A stretch of DNA of 64,000 nt from Takakia lepidozioides (lineage: Eukaryota > Plantae > Bryophyta), in assembly GCA_030704615.1 (NCBI GenBank), contig CM060733.1:49910001-49974000 (forward strand), read 5' to 3'. Numbering within the stretch: the first letter of the stretch is position 1; each line of letters starts with the position of its first letter. The notes beneath the pieces are model-generated. The model searched no databases and was not told where the DNA came from. It worked only from the letters and a program-made list of their open reading frames with translations. Below are positions 20,454-31,399 of this stretch, piece by piece. The translations under genes and the position numbers were made by a program.

Positions 20454-23130
20454 TAGGATAACACATGTGACAAGGATTTCGCTATTTTGTACTTGTAAGG
20501 GGTTCCATTACCCTTTCCCTGTATGCATAAATGGGCCCACAATAAATTTCAGTTAACGTGCCGGGTAGGTACTTTGACGGCCAATTTTGTCTTCCTTCTT
20601 GATGACACCCATTTTTGCAATTCATGCCCGGCTGTGTGTCTCGCCCTAACGTCCACGTGTCCATTTCCAAATCTGCCTCCGTCCACTTTTCCGCCGGCCA
20701 TTCTCCGGATGTTAACCCGCGTCCACCTGTCACGAATTCTATGGACTGTGTAACCCCGGTAGGCTGTGTTGGGCTGTGACAGGCTGTGTCAAGCTGTGAT
20801 GGGCTGTGATAGGTATTCGAACACATGTGTTCTTTGCTCAGACCATACCCAATTGGTTTAACGACAAGTGCTTCATGCTCCGTTGGTATTACCTGTGCAG
20901 CCCGTGACTGTTTCTGTGTTTCTATATGCAAATCGTGCCTCAATGGTTTGTCATAGATACCACTGTATCCCTTCAACTTATTGGCATTAACTCTTCCTAG
21001 CATCTCTTTATTAATGGTTTGTAACATAGCGGTGTTGTTATCATACATATTTTGTATGACATAAGGTCCTTTTCATGGTGATTTAAGCTTAGAAGCTTTA
21101 ATCTTCCCCTTCTTTTGTAACCACAAAACCAAATCTCCTGTCTTAAAAGTCTTTAATTTCCCTTCATCAAACTGATCCTTCCTCTTCATCTGAATTCTGG
21201 TCATGTTGTCAGCTGCATCTGCACGTACTTCTTCCACATGGTATAATTCATGTTTCCTGACCTTAATTGAATCTTCCAATTCCATTCTTCTTCCCCATTC
21301 AGTTCTCATGGTAGGTAACAAAAACTCCACTGGAAGTAAAGCTTCCATACCATAAACTAATTGGAATGGTGTATACTTAGTGGTGACTTTATATGAAGTC
21401 ATGTATGACCACAAAGCTGACAGCAGCTTTGTATCCCAATCTGTTCTGTTCGCATTGACTATCTTAGCCAAGATAATACATAGTATTTTGTTGGTAGCCT
21501 CTGCCTGTCCATTACCCTGCGGGTAATAGGTTGTACTCTTCCTATGCACAATCATGAAACTCCTTAGTCAAGAGTTCTATGGTCTCATTAATGAAGTGAC
21601 TTCCCTGGTCACTGATAAATTCCAGAGGACAGTCAAATCGTGTAAGTATGTTCTCATACATGAATCTGGCTGTGGACTTAGTTGTGTTGTCCCTCAGAGC
21701 TTTAGCTTCCACCCACTTTGTAGTATAATCAGTGGCTGTGATTATATACTTGTTCTGTGTATTCTTGGCTGGTGGGTTTATTGGTCCAACAAAGTCCAGT
21801 CCCCATTTCTGAAATGGTTCAGTAGGCATTGTAGGATGCAAAGCCATCTTCCCAGATCTCTGCAATGGTCCCAGCCTCTGACACTCATCACAAGTTTGAC
21901 AATACTTGTGTACATCCTTGAACAACGTAGGCCACCAGTAACCGGCAAGTAGTATCTTTCTACTGGTAGTCTCTTCTCCAAAATGACCTCCAGCCACTCC
22001 TTTATGAACTTCCTCCAAAACTTTATTTACTTCATGGTGGTACAAGCATCGTTTCAGTACTCCATCACGTCCTAGCTTATACATTCTGCCCCCTACCATA
22101 GTATAAGGTAGAGCCTTGATAGCGATTCTCTTCCTCTGCTCCTTCCCATAACTAGGTGGGCATTGACCATGAGTAAGGTAGTATCTGATTGGCCACTGCC
22201 AATCTAACCAGTCATCTGCACTTCCTTGCACCTCTACTGCAAAAAAACTCACATCTGGTAATTGGTCGTCTACTCCTGTAGCTGGCTCTCCTGTTGATAG
22301 GCGTGACAAGTGGTCTGCCACAAGATGCAGCTGACCAGGCTTGTAAACAACCTCGAACTCAAATTCGTGCAAGATTATCAACCATCTTGTTATCCTTCCA
22401 CTTATCAAAGGTTTGTTCACCAGATATATTAGAGCCTGGTGATCCACATAAAACATAAACTTCCTTCCCAACAGGTAATGCCTGAATTTCTTACATTGCC
22501 AGTGCTTCTCTTTCCGTTGTGCTATAGTTCATTTCTGCACTGTTCATCAACCTGCTAGCATAGTGCACAGGTGAATCTATCCTTCCTGTAACATTTTTGG
22601 CTAACACTGCTCCCAACGCTTCTCCTGAGGCATCACAGTGAACATGAAATATTTCATGCCAGTGAGGATTAATCAGCACAAGTGTAGTTGTTACTGACAA
22701 TGTAAGTTCCTCAAAAGCCTTTTGACATTCAGCTGTCCATGCAAACACTGCATCTTTCTTCAGAAGCTTGCTCAATGGTGTTGCTATCTGTGCATACCGT
22801 CTGACAAATCTTCTGTAATAACTGGTTTGTCCCAGGAATCTTCTTAGACTCTTAACACTTATTAGGGGTGGAGAGGCTTTAATGGCCTCTGTCTTTCTGG
22901 GACCACAAGAAGTCCCTTCTTACACACAACGTGTCCCAAAAGCACCCCTGAGTTCACACAAAAAGAACACTTCTCTGGATTCAGGCCCAGACCTCTCATC
23001 CTGCATCTGGCCAAACATAACTCCAATTTATGCAAGTGCTCACTCTTAGAGCTGTACACACTGAAATCATCCAAGAACATCTGCATGAAATCATCTAGAT
23101 ACTCCTGAAAAGATTCACTTATCACTCTAT

Positions 23131-23215
23131 TGTCGTGTGCATACGTATCGCTACACAACTACATCGTTGTCCAAACTACACCACATATATATGCACAATA
23201 AAGTAGTCTACCACA
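23131..23215 (-). repeat. Putative very short (85-bp) 3' LTR of gypsy B
   Basis: Minus strand reads agctaggggggcgat (PPT-like), then TGtggtagac...gcacacgaCA, and the RT of element A resumes directly at 23130. Confidence 0.55.
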
Positions 23216-23475
23216 ATCGCCCCCCTAGCTGGTGGATAGGTCCCTCTAACTCCAGATAGCTACAAAATGTAATAGCCACAGCCGTACTATGTCCCCTATC
23301 ACTGTCCCTGTTGTACGCAAACTCTGTAGACCAAGAGGCCGGGTACAAGAGTAGCCCCATCGTTAGTCGCCGTCTTGCAATCTGTGAACTTGAGCCAGGA
23401 TATCGTGTGTTCAAGGTCTCCTAGTAGCTTGGCCTTGCGTTTCTTGTTAGCCTTCCATGGTTGTATCCACTCCCA

Positions 23476-23967
23476 CTATCCAATGCAACGTGGACATAAC
23501 CAATCCCTATCCGAAACCATCTCAAGAGGTGGAGTCAAGCATCCCATATGCCAACCTCTAGAGCATCGATCACACACCAGCATGGTGGCTGCCCCTCTAG
23601 CAGACCCACACAACATGCATCTCAAACTTGCAGATACCACTTCCAAGTTTGGGTCAATCCTGCCATCGACATTCGGAAGGTGACATGGCGCACAATTACG
23701 CACATGGTCCTTCCAAGTTATGCCATCCCGACCCTCCAAGATCAAGACGCCTGAGGGCAAGACCTCTCGAACCCTCAAAATAACACGTCCTGCAGTCACA
23801 TCCAAGGTCGTAGGAGCAGTCTGCTGCAGATAGACATAGTCACCAGGGTTGAATCTCCGAACCCCAGGACGATAGCCCCCACCACGTATGGTAGTATACC
23901 TCAACGTATCACGATGTTGTGCAATGGCAAGGTTCTCGAAAGCCATGGGCATGACTTTCTTGAACAA
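23476..23967 (-). CDS. Integrase C-terminus with PHD finger (fragment of the gypsy B polyprotein)
   Basis: CMLC...MLVCDRCSRGWHMGCLTPPL......WLCPRC is a complete C4HC3 PHD. Confidence 0.9.
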   Translation of the reverse strand: MFKKVMPMAFENLAIAQHRDTLRYTTIRGGGYRPGVRRFNPGDYVYLQQTAPTTLDVTAGRVILRVREVLPSGVLILEGRDGITWKDHVRNCAPCHLPNVDGRIDPNLEVVSASLRCMLCGSARGAATMLVCDRCSRGWHMGCLTPPLEMVSDRDWLCPRCIG

Positions 23968-24394
23968 CTATGCACGCTGATCACATGCACGTGCCCACAC
24001 GTCCAGATCGTCGAGGTTAAGAACTGTAGCAGCTTCTCTACGAATGGATGTAGGCAAATCCGACTCTCGGCCAAAGAGAAGAAAGTATGGTGAGAAGGAG
24101 GCAAGTGATGCTTGTTTTCTGAACTTGTAGCCCATGGCTAACCAGGGTAATTGAAGGTCCCAATCTCCTAGGTGTCCCTTCTGCAAGCCATACTTTCGCA
24201 AACCCCTCTTTACTGTCTAAACAACTCTCTCTGCTAAGCCATCGGCCTCAGGATGATCTCGAGAAGTGGTACGGTGGTCTATCAAGGCCTTGTCACACAA
24301 AGCCTGAAACTCCCCCAAGAACTCTCTCCCTTGGTCCGTGAGTACCTCAGCTGGAGCACCGAAGCGGCTAAGTACACAATCCAAGAACGCTGCC

Positions 24395-25066
24395 CCTGTG
24401 GTGGGGGCAGTAGCAGCGATAGGTACGGGGGCTGAAGCACCCTTGAGTGCCCAAGGCACTCAAGGAGGCGGAGGCGCTCACTAGGTGGAGCCCCGCACAC
24501 CGGGTTGCGGTGGGGGTGGCTCCACAAGGGGTGGTGGTAGCTTAGTGGGACTTAGTGGGGGTGGCATAGGACTCACCATGGGGGTGGAGACCTCGTGGTG
24601 GGAGTCGTGGGGAGTCTTGGGACTCATCACGGTCCATAGGGGCCGTGGTGAGCGGGCCAAGACTCACCGCGACTCACCACCGGGAATCGAGGGTCTTCGT
24701 GGTGGTTCGCCATAAAATGGCATGGCTGGTTGTGAAACCCCCGCGGACAGCTACAGAAGTATATATAGGGAGTAGTAACCCCGAGAACGGTGCAAGCCCG
24801 TTGGTGACCAAAAACTAGTGAGTAAGCGAGCGAGCCGGAAAGCGACCAAAGAGTGGGGAGCTGTTCCGGACTGCCATCTACCAAAGGGAATTCTCCTAGT
24901 CCCAATTAGGTGGAGGGTTTTAGAGGGAAGCGAAGGGGGACCGTTATGTCCCGGTGAGCAGCCGAAGCTCCAAGTTGGCCCGGCGGCCAGGTTGGGAGTC
25001 AGGCGTGTGCATCAAAGCGAGTAACTATGACTTGAATGGGAGTTTACCGAAGTGAGGTGCGCGACA
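24395..25066 (-). mobile_element. Foreign LTR-like fragment replacing part of the gypsy B integrase
   Basis: The integrase breaks after HAHEELGHF at TGtcgcg (25066). A possible LTR end ...tttcaCA lies at 24731 with a TATA-like tatata. Integrase resumes at AAFLDCVL; the HHCC cysteines and first catalytic Asp are missing. Confidence 0.6.
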
Positions 25067-27159
25067 CAAAATGCCCCAACTCCTCATGGGCATGCCGCAC
25101 TAACCGTGCCCGCTGTGTTGGGTGAGGCATAATCCTCACTCGACCATCCTCCCACACTCGGAGCAGGTGTGTTCCCTCCCACTTGAACCTCTTGGCTCGT
25201 TGTAGGATCCGATCCCTCTCCTTGGCAGTCACAGTTGCTGCCGTGTCTCCTGTGCGGAGATAGTCCAACACAGCTGAATCCTCATGTATATCTTTGGCAC
25301 CACCCTGCTCATTGATAGCCTCAGGGTCCTCAGACACTTGATCTACAGTCATCCCTGTTGCAGGTCCAACCTGGCCTTCCGCTGCCAAGATACACAGAAA
25401 TGCAGATGCATGCCATCCGGGCACCATCTCCTCGTCCGTCTCACCATGCCACCGAGCTCCAGTGTCATCTTGCTGGCTCGTGCATGGATTGCGACTCAAC
25501 CCATCTGCATCCTGATTGACCAAACCCGGTCGATGCACAACCTGAAAGTCATACTCTTGAAGGATGAGTGCCCACCGTGCAAGCTTCCCCGTAAGCTTGT
25601 CTGACTCCATCAACCACTTGAGTGGTTGGTGATCCGTGACAAGGGTGAAGAGATTGCCGTTTAGATAGCACCTTAAGTGTACCACGGCCCACACTGCAGC
25701 TAAGCATTCTCCCTCATATGAGCTATACTTAGACTCTGCAGCATTGTTCGAGCGGCTAGTATAAGCCACTACGAACTCTCTTCCCTCATCATGCACCTGT
25801 GTGAGCACCGCTCCAAGCCCCAGCATGCTCCAATCTGTATGAAGCTGAAAAGGACGCCCCCTGATAGGTCGTCTCAAGATGGGCGCCGAGGTCAACCTTG
25901 CCTTGACCTCTTGAAAAGCTTGTTCTTGCTCGTCTTTCCACTGCCACTCCTGGTCCACCTTGGTCAGTTTGGTTAGAGCCTTTGCAATGGCACTAAATCC
26001 CTTAACAAACCATCTATTATAGTTTGCTAACCCCATGAAAGCTCGAACTCGGCTCACATCCGTGGGGCGTGGAACCTATGCAATGGACTCTACTTTAGTC
26101 TGCTGTACCCCCAATCCTCCAGGATATATCATGTGACCCAGATACTCAATCTGGTTGTGGAAAAACTTGCACTTTCCCGGATGTAACTTCAATCCGTGCG
26201 CCCTCAAGCGCTCAAATACCCCCTGAAGGTGTCTCTCATGCTCTTCCACCGTAGCACTAAAGATGATGATGTCATCTATGTAGCATCGAGCAAACTCCCA
26301 CCCCTGCTAGAATCCTGTCCATGACTCTCTGAAACTCTGCCGGAGCATTCTTAAGCCCAAATGGTAAGAACCGCCACTGGTATAGGCAATCCTTCCCGTG
26401 TTCATTGATCCCCCAGAATGCCGTCTTTTGCTTATCCGCCTCCTTGATCGGCAACTGGTGATATCCGGATCGTAAATCCAACGTGCTAAAGACCTTGGCA
26501 TGCCCAATGGCATCAAAGATCTCCTCTAGTGTCGGCATGGCATACCTATCGGACTTGGTCTAACAATTTACAGGCCGGTAATCACCGCACATACGTCTCT
26601 CCGTCCAATTGCCAAAGACATCCTTCTTGGCTGGCATCACTGTGGCTGAAGCATACTCCCCCCCAGATAGCTCCACCAAACCAGCCTCCCAAAGGTCCTG
26701 AGTTCTCATCTGAATCAAGGACCTCTCCATGTCGCTGTATCTATAGGATCTCCGAAAGATTGGCGTGTTAGTAGCCAATTCAATGTGAATCTCTTGACCT
26801 TTTAGTGCTCCTAAGTCTTTCAAACTGAAGGCAAAGCAGTTCCTGTAAGCCCTCAAGAACCGCCGTATACGTCGTCTCTCTCCTTCGCTGAATATAGGTC
26901 CAACATCGGGCTCCCAGTTGTCCTTCGTGACTGCAACCTTGAGTCCAGCAGGCTTAGAGGTAGAAAACGCGTCCCGTGGTTGCTATGCTGCAACCTCTTG
27001 AGCAGTGACCACTGCCTCCTCTGTCAGTGACAATGTCTCATCCTGCCCCATCATCCCATCTTTGAGGACCTCCTCAATCCGAGAAAAATCCCCAAGTTGA
27101 TCCATCACCGCCGCCTTGGCTGCCAACTCCTTCTGAACCTCGAGCACCTCCCACGTGTG

Positions 27160-28431
27160 CTATGGATGTGGCCTGCACCTCGTGGTCCTCACCTGCTCGC
27201 CCTCACTCGCTGCCTGTACCGTCTCGGTAGGCAGGGAGACCATGAAGGGAAGTGTACTCCGTACTCTGCGCTGCTCAGCCATAGCCAAGCTGATAATCCA
27301 GGTCAAGCAATTGAGATCCATTGCTTGGCCCAACACCTGACGACGTGATGCCTCAGCAAGAGATGGCACCGCCGTGGTACCTGTGGTAAAACCCATCGCC
27401 CGCTCTTGCTCGTCAGCATTGGGCTCCACTAATTGTTGCAACTGGCTATCCCACAAGAGGCCAGGTCCACCATCCCGAAAAGCATGGGATCTTGGGAAGC
27501 TGAGCAGTGTAGGTAATGCTGCTCGTGGTTGACCCACCTTGTTGACCACTGCCAAATGCGAACGGTCATCGTGTCTCACACGTTGAGACTGCCTCCCTGT
27601 GTCCAAAATGCTATCCACTGTGAGGTGCGCTGGCCACTGCACCCCATCAAATGCACGCTTGAGCAGTGCGGGTGGCATCAAGTTAGTCCACCAAAGCCGT
27701 GGACGATGAGCCCGTGACCCCACTGCAGCTGCATCCAGCAACACTGCTGACCCAAGCCACGATCGGACTTGATGCACACTGGCCATCACCCTGGCCCGAG
27801 AATCACCCATCAGTGGCACATTCTCCAAGATGTATGCTGGAGATACAGCTTGATGAAGCTGCAAGTGGCGCAAAACCCGCACCATCTCCCAAAACAGACC
27901 CGTCCTCGAGTCTCGCAATCCATTGCCATGCCTGGCTGATGAATGCCCTTGGCACGGCCAACCTGCCACTACCAGATCAATGGAGCCAATCCGCTCCAAA
28001 TCCTGCGCCCCCAGCAACGAAATGTCTGCTGGCAAGGCTTGTTGGTATCCACGAACTACAGACACTGGCAACAAATCAGGGTACTGCTGTACCAACTGAG
28101 CAACATGGCGCAGTGAGATGCGTCGTGCAGTCTCATCCCTCTCCACATACAGGTAACGTCGAACTTGTACACCTGCCTGCAGTACTGCAGCCAATCCAGT
28201 GCTGATCCCGCCAAACAAGTCCAGAAGGCATATGCCTTCATCCGGGCACTGCCACACAAGAGGTGTGGTGTCCAATGGCGACAACTGAGGTGGTCCTGGT
28301 GCAATCACCGCACTCTCCTCTTCTCCTGACGGTACGAAGGCTTCTACCCAGGCTTGTTGCACTCGTTCATGCATGTCATCCTGCTCTGTTGAAGGTGGCA
28401 CATCCTCTGCATGGGCATTGCCTTCCAGCAA
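27160..28431 (-). CDS. C5 cytosine DNA methyltransferase domain (DNMT3-like) embedded in the gypsy B polyprotein
   Basis: Ordered motifs: I LLDLFGGIS, II YVERD, IV DLVVAGWPCQGHS, V DSRTGLF, VI YILENV, VIII AHRPRLWWTN, IX ERAMGF, X RRQVLGQAM. It is in frame with the upstream Gag-PR and the downstream RT N-terminus, separated only by TAG stops. Confidence 0.93.
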   Translation of the reverse strand: MLEGNAHAEDVPPSTEQDDMHERVQQAWVEAFVPSGEEESAVIAPGPPQLSPLDTTPLVWQCPDEGICLLDLFGGISTGLAAVLQAGVQVRRYLYVERDETARRISLRHVAQLVQQYPDLLPVSVVRGYQQALPADISLLGAQDLERIGSIDLVVAGWPCQGHSSARHGNGLRDSRTGLFWEMVRVLRHLQLHQAVSPAYILENVPLMGDSRARVMASVHQVRSWLGSAVLLDAAAVGSRAHRPRLWWTNLMPPALLKRAFDGVQWPAHLTVDSILDTGRQSQRVRHDDRSHLAVVNKVGQPRAALPTLLSFPRSHAFRDGGPGLLWDSQLQQLVEPNADEQERAMGFTTGTTAVPSLAEASRRQVLGQAMDLNCLTWIISLAMAEQRRVRSTLPFMVSLPTETVQAASEGEQVRTTRCRPHP

Positions 28432-31399
28432 CTCTCCAGGCTAACTAACTGCAGTTGTAAAGGCGGCTAGTGTTGGCATCTTGCCCCGCTGGGCAGCCGC
28501 AATATCCCCAATGAATGTCACAGGGAGCTGTGCATGACGACCATCCCTTGACTGCCATCCAGGCCTGTAGGATGCTGACTCCTCCCAAAAGTCCAGGGTG
28601 AAGCCCATGGGATATAACACTGGCCCACCAACAAGGACATCGTAAGAGACTGCATCTGTCACAATGGCCTTGGCTCGCATCACTGAGCCATCTACATGAT
28701 GATCTGGTTGTAGTTCAATGGCCAACTCACACCGTGTCATGCCCCGAGCCTGCTCCGATCCTCCTAGAGATGTCTGTATCTGGAAAGGACAAGGCTCCAT
28801 ATCCACCTCCATGAGGCCCAAACCTGCAATAGCAGCTCTGCCCAACATCAGTGGCTGAGCTCTCGAGTCCAACAAGACCCGCAGTGGCCGGTACTTCTTG
28901 CCTGCCGGTCCACTCAAAGAGAAAATGTCATTCTGGTTGTCTAACAAGACAACTCCAGGTGTCACCATGGCGCGCTCAAAGGCTGGCCTAGCTGGCAGCT
29001 CCGTCAACCTGACAGCTGTAGCTTGCCATGGTGCAGTCGTGGCAGTCTTGACCCTCAAATCCGAGGATCCCTCTGCCACTACACCTTCCAGTAACTCTGC
29101 AGAAGATGAAGTGACCTCCCCACTCTCACAGAGTGTTGCTGCTAGTCTGAACACTGCAGCTGGTCTTACCCCCGGCGTCGCAATCATGGTTGACGGGAAC
29201 AGTGGGGCTTGACACACAGAGGTGGCTGCCCCCAATAACACACCGGCTGCACTAGCCTTGGTAGCAGGTGTCAGTGATGCGCGTGTAGCTCTCCCCAATG
29301 GCATAGTAACCTCCGCCTCGGTAACAGTCGGGCGAGAACTAGGTGCCATGGATGGCGTCGACACTGTCTCCGCCAATGTGAATGATTGAGGAAGCCTCGC
29401 CTGACGGCTTGCCTCCCCACGCTGTGAATCCAATTCCACCTCTGCACCTCGTGGCTCAGGAACTTGTGCTGCTCCTCGAGTCACGGCTGCAGCAGACTCC
29501 ACCTGCTCTAGTGGTAGTGCTGCTCCGCACATGAATCCCATGCCTCCCATATCTCCTCCTTCAGGAGTAGGAGGTGGACCATCCCGCCTGGGAGCCGGTA
29601 CCACCTGAGCTGTAGCCATGGCAGCGAGCCTCTGCTCTAGCTGCTGAAGCCTGTTGGCCATGCCTTGGTCAACACCCTGACCTCCGCGTACTTGACCATG
29701 TTGAGTTTGCCCTTGGCCTGCACCTCGTGCCCGGCCACCTCGTCCTCTCTGGGCTGGTCCACCTCGCCCCCGACCACCATTGTTCCCTTGGAACTGGCCT
29801 GGGCGCAACTCAGGATGCAAGTCATAACACTGGGCATCTCCATGCCCATACTTGCCACAATGCCCACACTGCAACTGTGCAGGCTGTGCTGGTGCCGACC
29901 TTTTGTCACTCTCTGGGCAATCTCTCTTGACATATTTTTGAGCTATTGCATTTGGAGCTAGCACCATTTGTTCCAGTACTCCATACAGGATCGGTCACTG
30001 AGGGACTGGAGCAATAAATAACAAGATTCCCATCATCGAACCAATATTAGAAACATCAATGATATAAAACATCTTGTGAAAAGTAGGAGGAAAGAGCAAA
30101 TAATCAAATTCATGTTCATTTTAGTTGTGGATTCCATCACCTTTGTTTTGGAATCTGCATGATGACCACATCAAATACGAAGAGGGCTCTGGAGAAGAAG
30201 GGCAAATTTTGGACCCGGAATTGTGTGAAGATTTCACTGCTTTATCAATAGACTATTGAAAGTTTTGAGACCATGAGTCATGATCCATCATGAAATCCTA
30301 ATTTGGCATGCATTTGAGCATGAAGTACTAACGAGAAGTGTTCAACTTGTGTGCATTTGCAATTCACAAGTGCCCACAATATCAGTCGTGTTCATTGCAT
30401 CGTCCTCCTCCCTAGACTGTACAATGTCAATTGGCGACATTGATCTCACCCTGAATATCGTCTACGGACTAGGTAACCGGCGAGAGCTGGCCGGTTACCG
30501 GACATAGCCAACAGTTTGGGAGCGTCGAGCTGACTGGCTAATGACCGGCGTAACCAGTTACCTGGGAGGTACCTTGGGGTTGGGAGGTAGGTAGGTAAGT
30601 CGGTTGCTCTCTTTCTCTTTAGAATTCGTGTTTATGTTTTGTTTATCTCATTTTGCTGTTTCTAGTGTACTTTTGAGCAAGTTTTCTAAGATTCTCAGAT
30701 GGAGGTTATGCAATAGCTCTTAGATGGAGGTTATATAGTAGTCAGGCGATTTCTGTTGAGAGTAGTCAGATGTAGGTGTTTCGATTTCTGCACACTAGTT
30801 CAATTCTGAACCATTTAAGCTATACCAAAGATCGAATCAATTGCGGTGATTTTTAGTTTGGTTCATAATTGTACTTCTTTGCAGCCAATTTTGTCAACTA
30901 TGGTGGGTCGTAGAAGTAGTGGAGTGCCTAAAGCAAAGAGAAGCTATGATTCTAGTTCCAATAGTGAGAGGCTTTTTAATCGCTTGCCGTTGTCGCAATT
31001 GTCACCTGTTTCTTCTGTTAAGAAGCGCAGAACTAAGAAGAAGCATTGTGGTGGGAATAAAGTGAAGAAGTTGTTATGTGTCGGTTCTCCGCTCCGTCCT
31101 CTGTGCATGATAAATATGTTGAAGACATATTGATTGACTCATCAACTGTGGCTAATGATCCTGAAGTTACTTTGAGCAATACTGATAAGCCTACTGAGGT
31201 GCAGAGTGCTATAGATTGTGAGCATGATCTTGTAATTGAGGTTGTTTCCGCTGAATTGAATAGCGGTGTGGATTATGATTCATATCTTAAAGCTGAAACT
31301 GCTCCCTGGCAACTGACATTTCTATCAACAATGTTCCATTTTACTGAACGGATATGGGACAAGAAGGTTGAAAAACACCCTAGTAAATGTAGATTTTAG

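Larger units (their letters stand above)
15822..23130 (-). mobile_element. Ty3/gypsy LTR retrotransposon A: 3' half only (RT C-terminus, RNase H, integrase, large extra ORF, PPT, 3' LTR)
   Basis: RT FLDDFSVYS (22862-23130); RNase H HCDAS...[12 protein letters not shown] and FYVDHQAL; integrase H..GHFG...YWWP...C..C...WGLDFVGP...ISDQG; PQGNGQAE; KGPY. The PPT agaggggaaggggtaa is followed by tgttag at 16484. Multiple stops and frameshifts. Confidence 0.9.
23131..29940 (-). mobile_element. Ty3/gypsy LTR retrotransposon B (Gag-PR-DNMT-RT-RH-IN-PHD), nested in the RT of element A; 5'-truncated
   Basis: Zinc knuckle CGHCGKYGH..C; protease LLDSRA; RT RMCGDYR, TLDLRSGYHQ, LPFGLKNAP; RNase H LHTDWS...YSSYEGEC...TDHQPL; integrase LTDQGREF, PEADGLAER; C-terminal PHD. 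The right-hand part of Gag is cut mid-knuckle (YVKRDCP). Confidence 0.92.

Noticed and set aside
24690-24730. tRNA primer-binding site after the inserted LTR-like fragment
   Set aside because: The tggcgaacc... sequence is offset from the putative LTR end and cannot be confidently matched to a tRNA 3' end.
30846-31399. Short K/R-rich and acidic ORFs
   Set aside because: No recognisable domain and broken frames; probably a decayed TE fragment.
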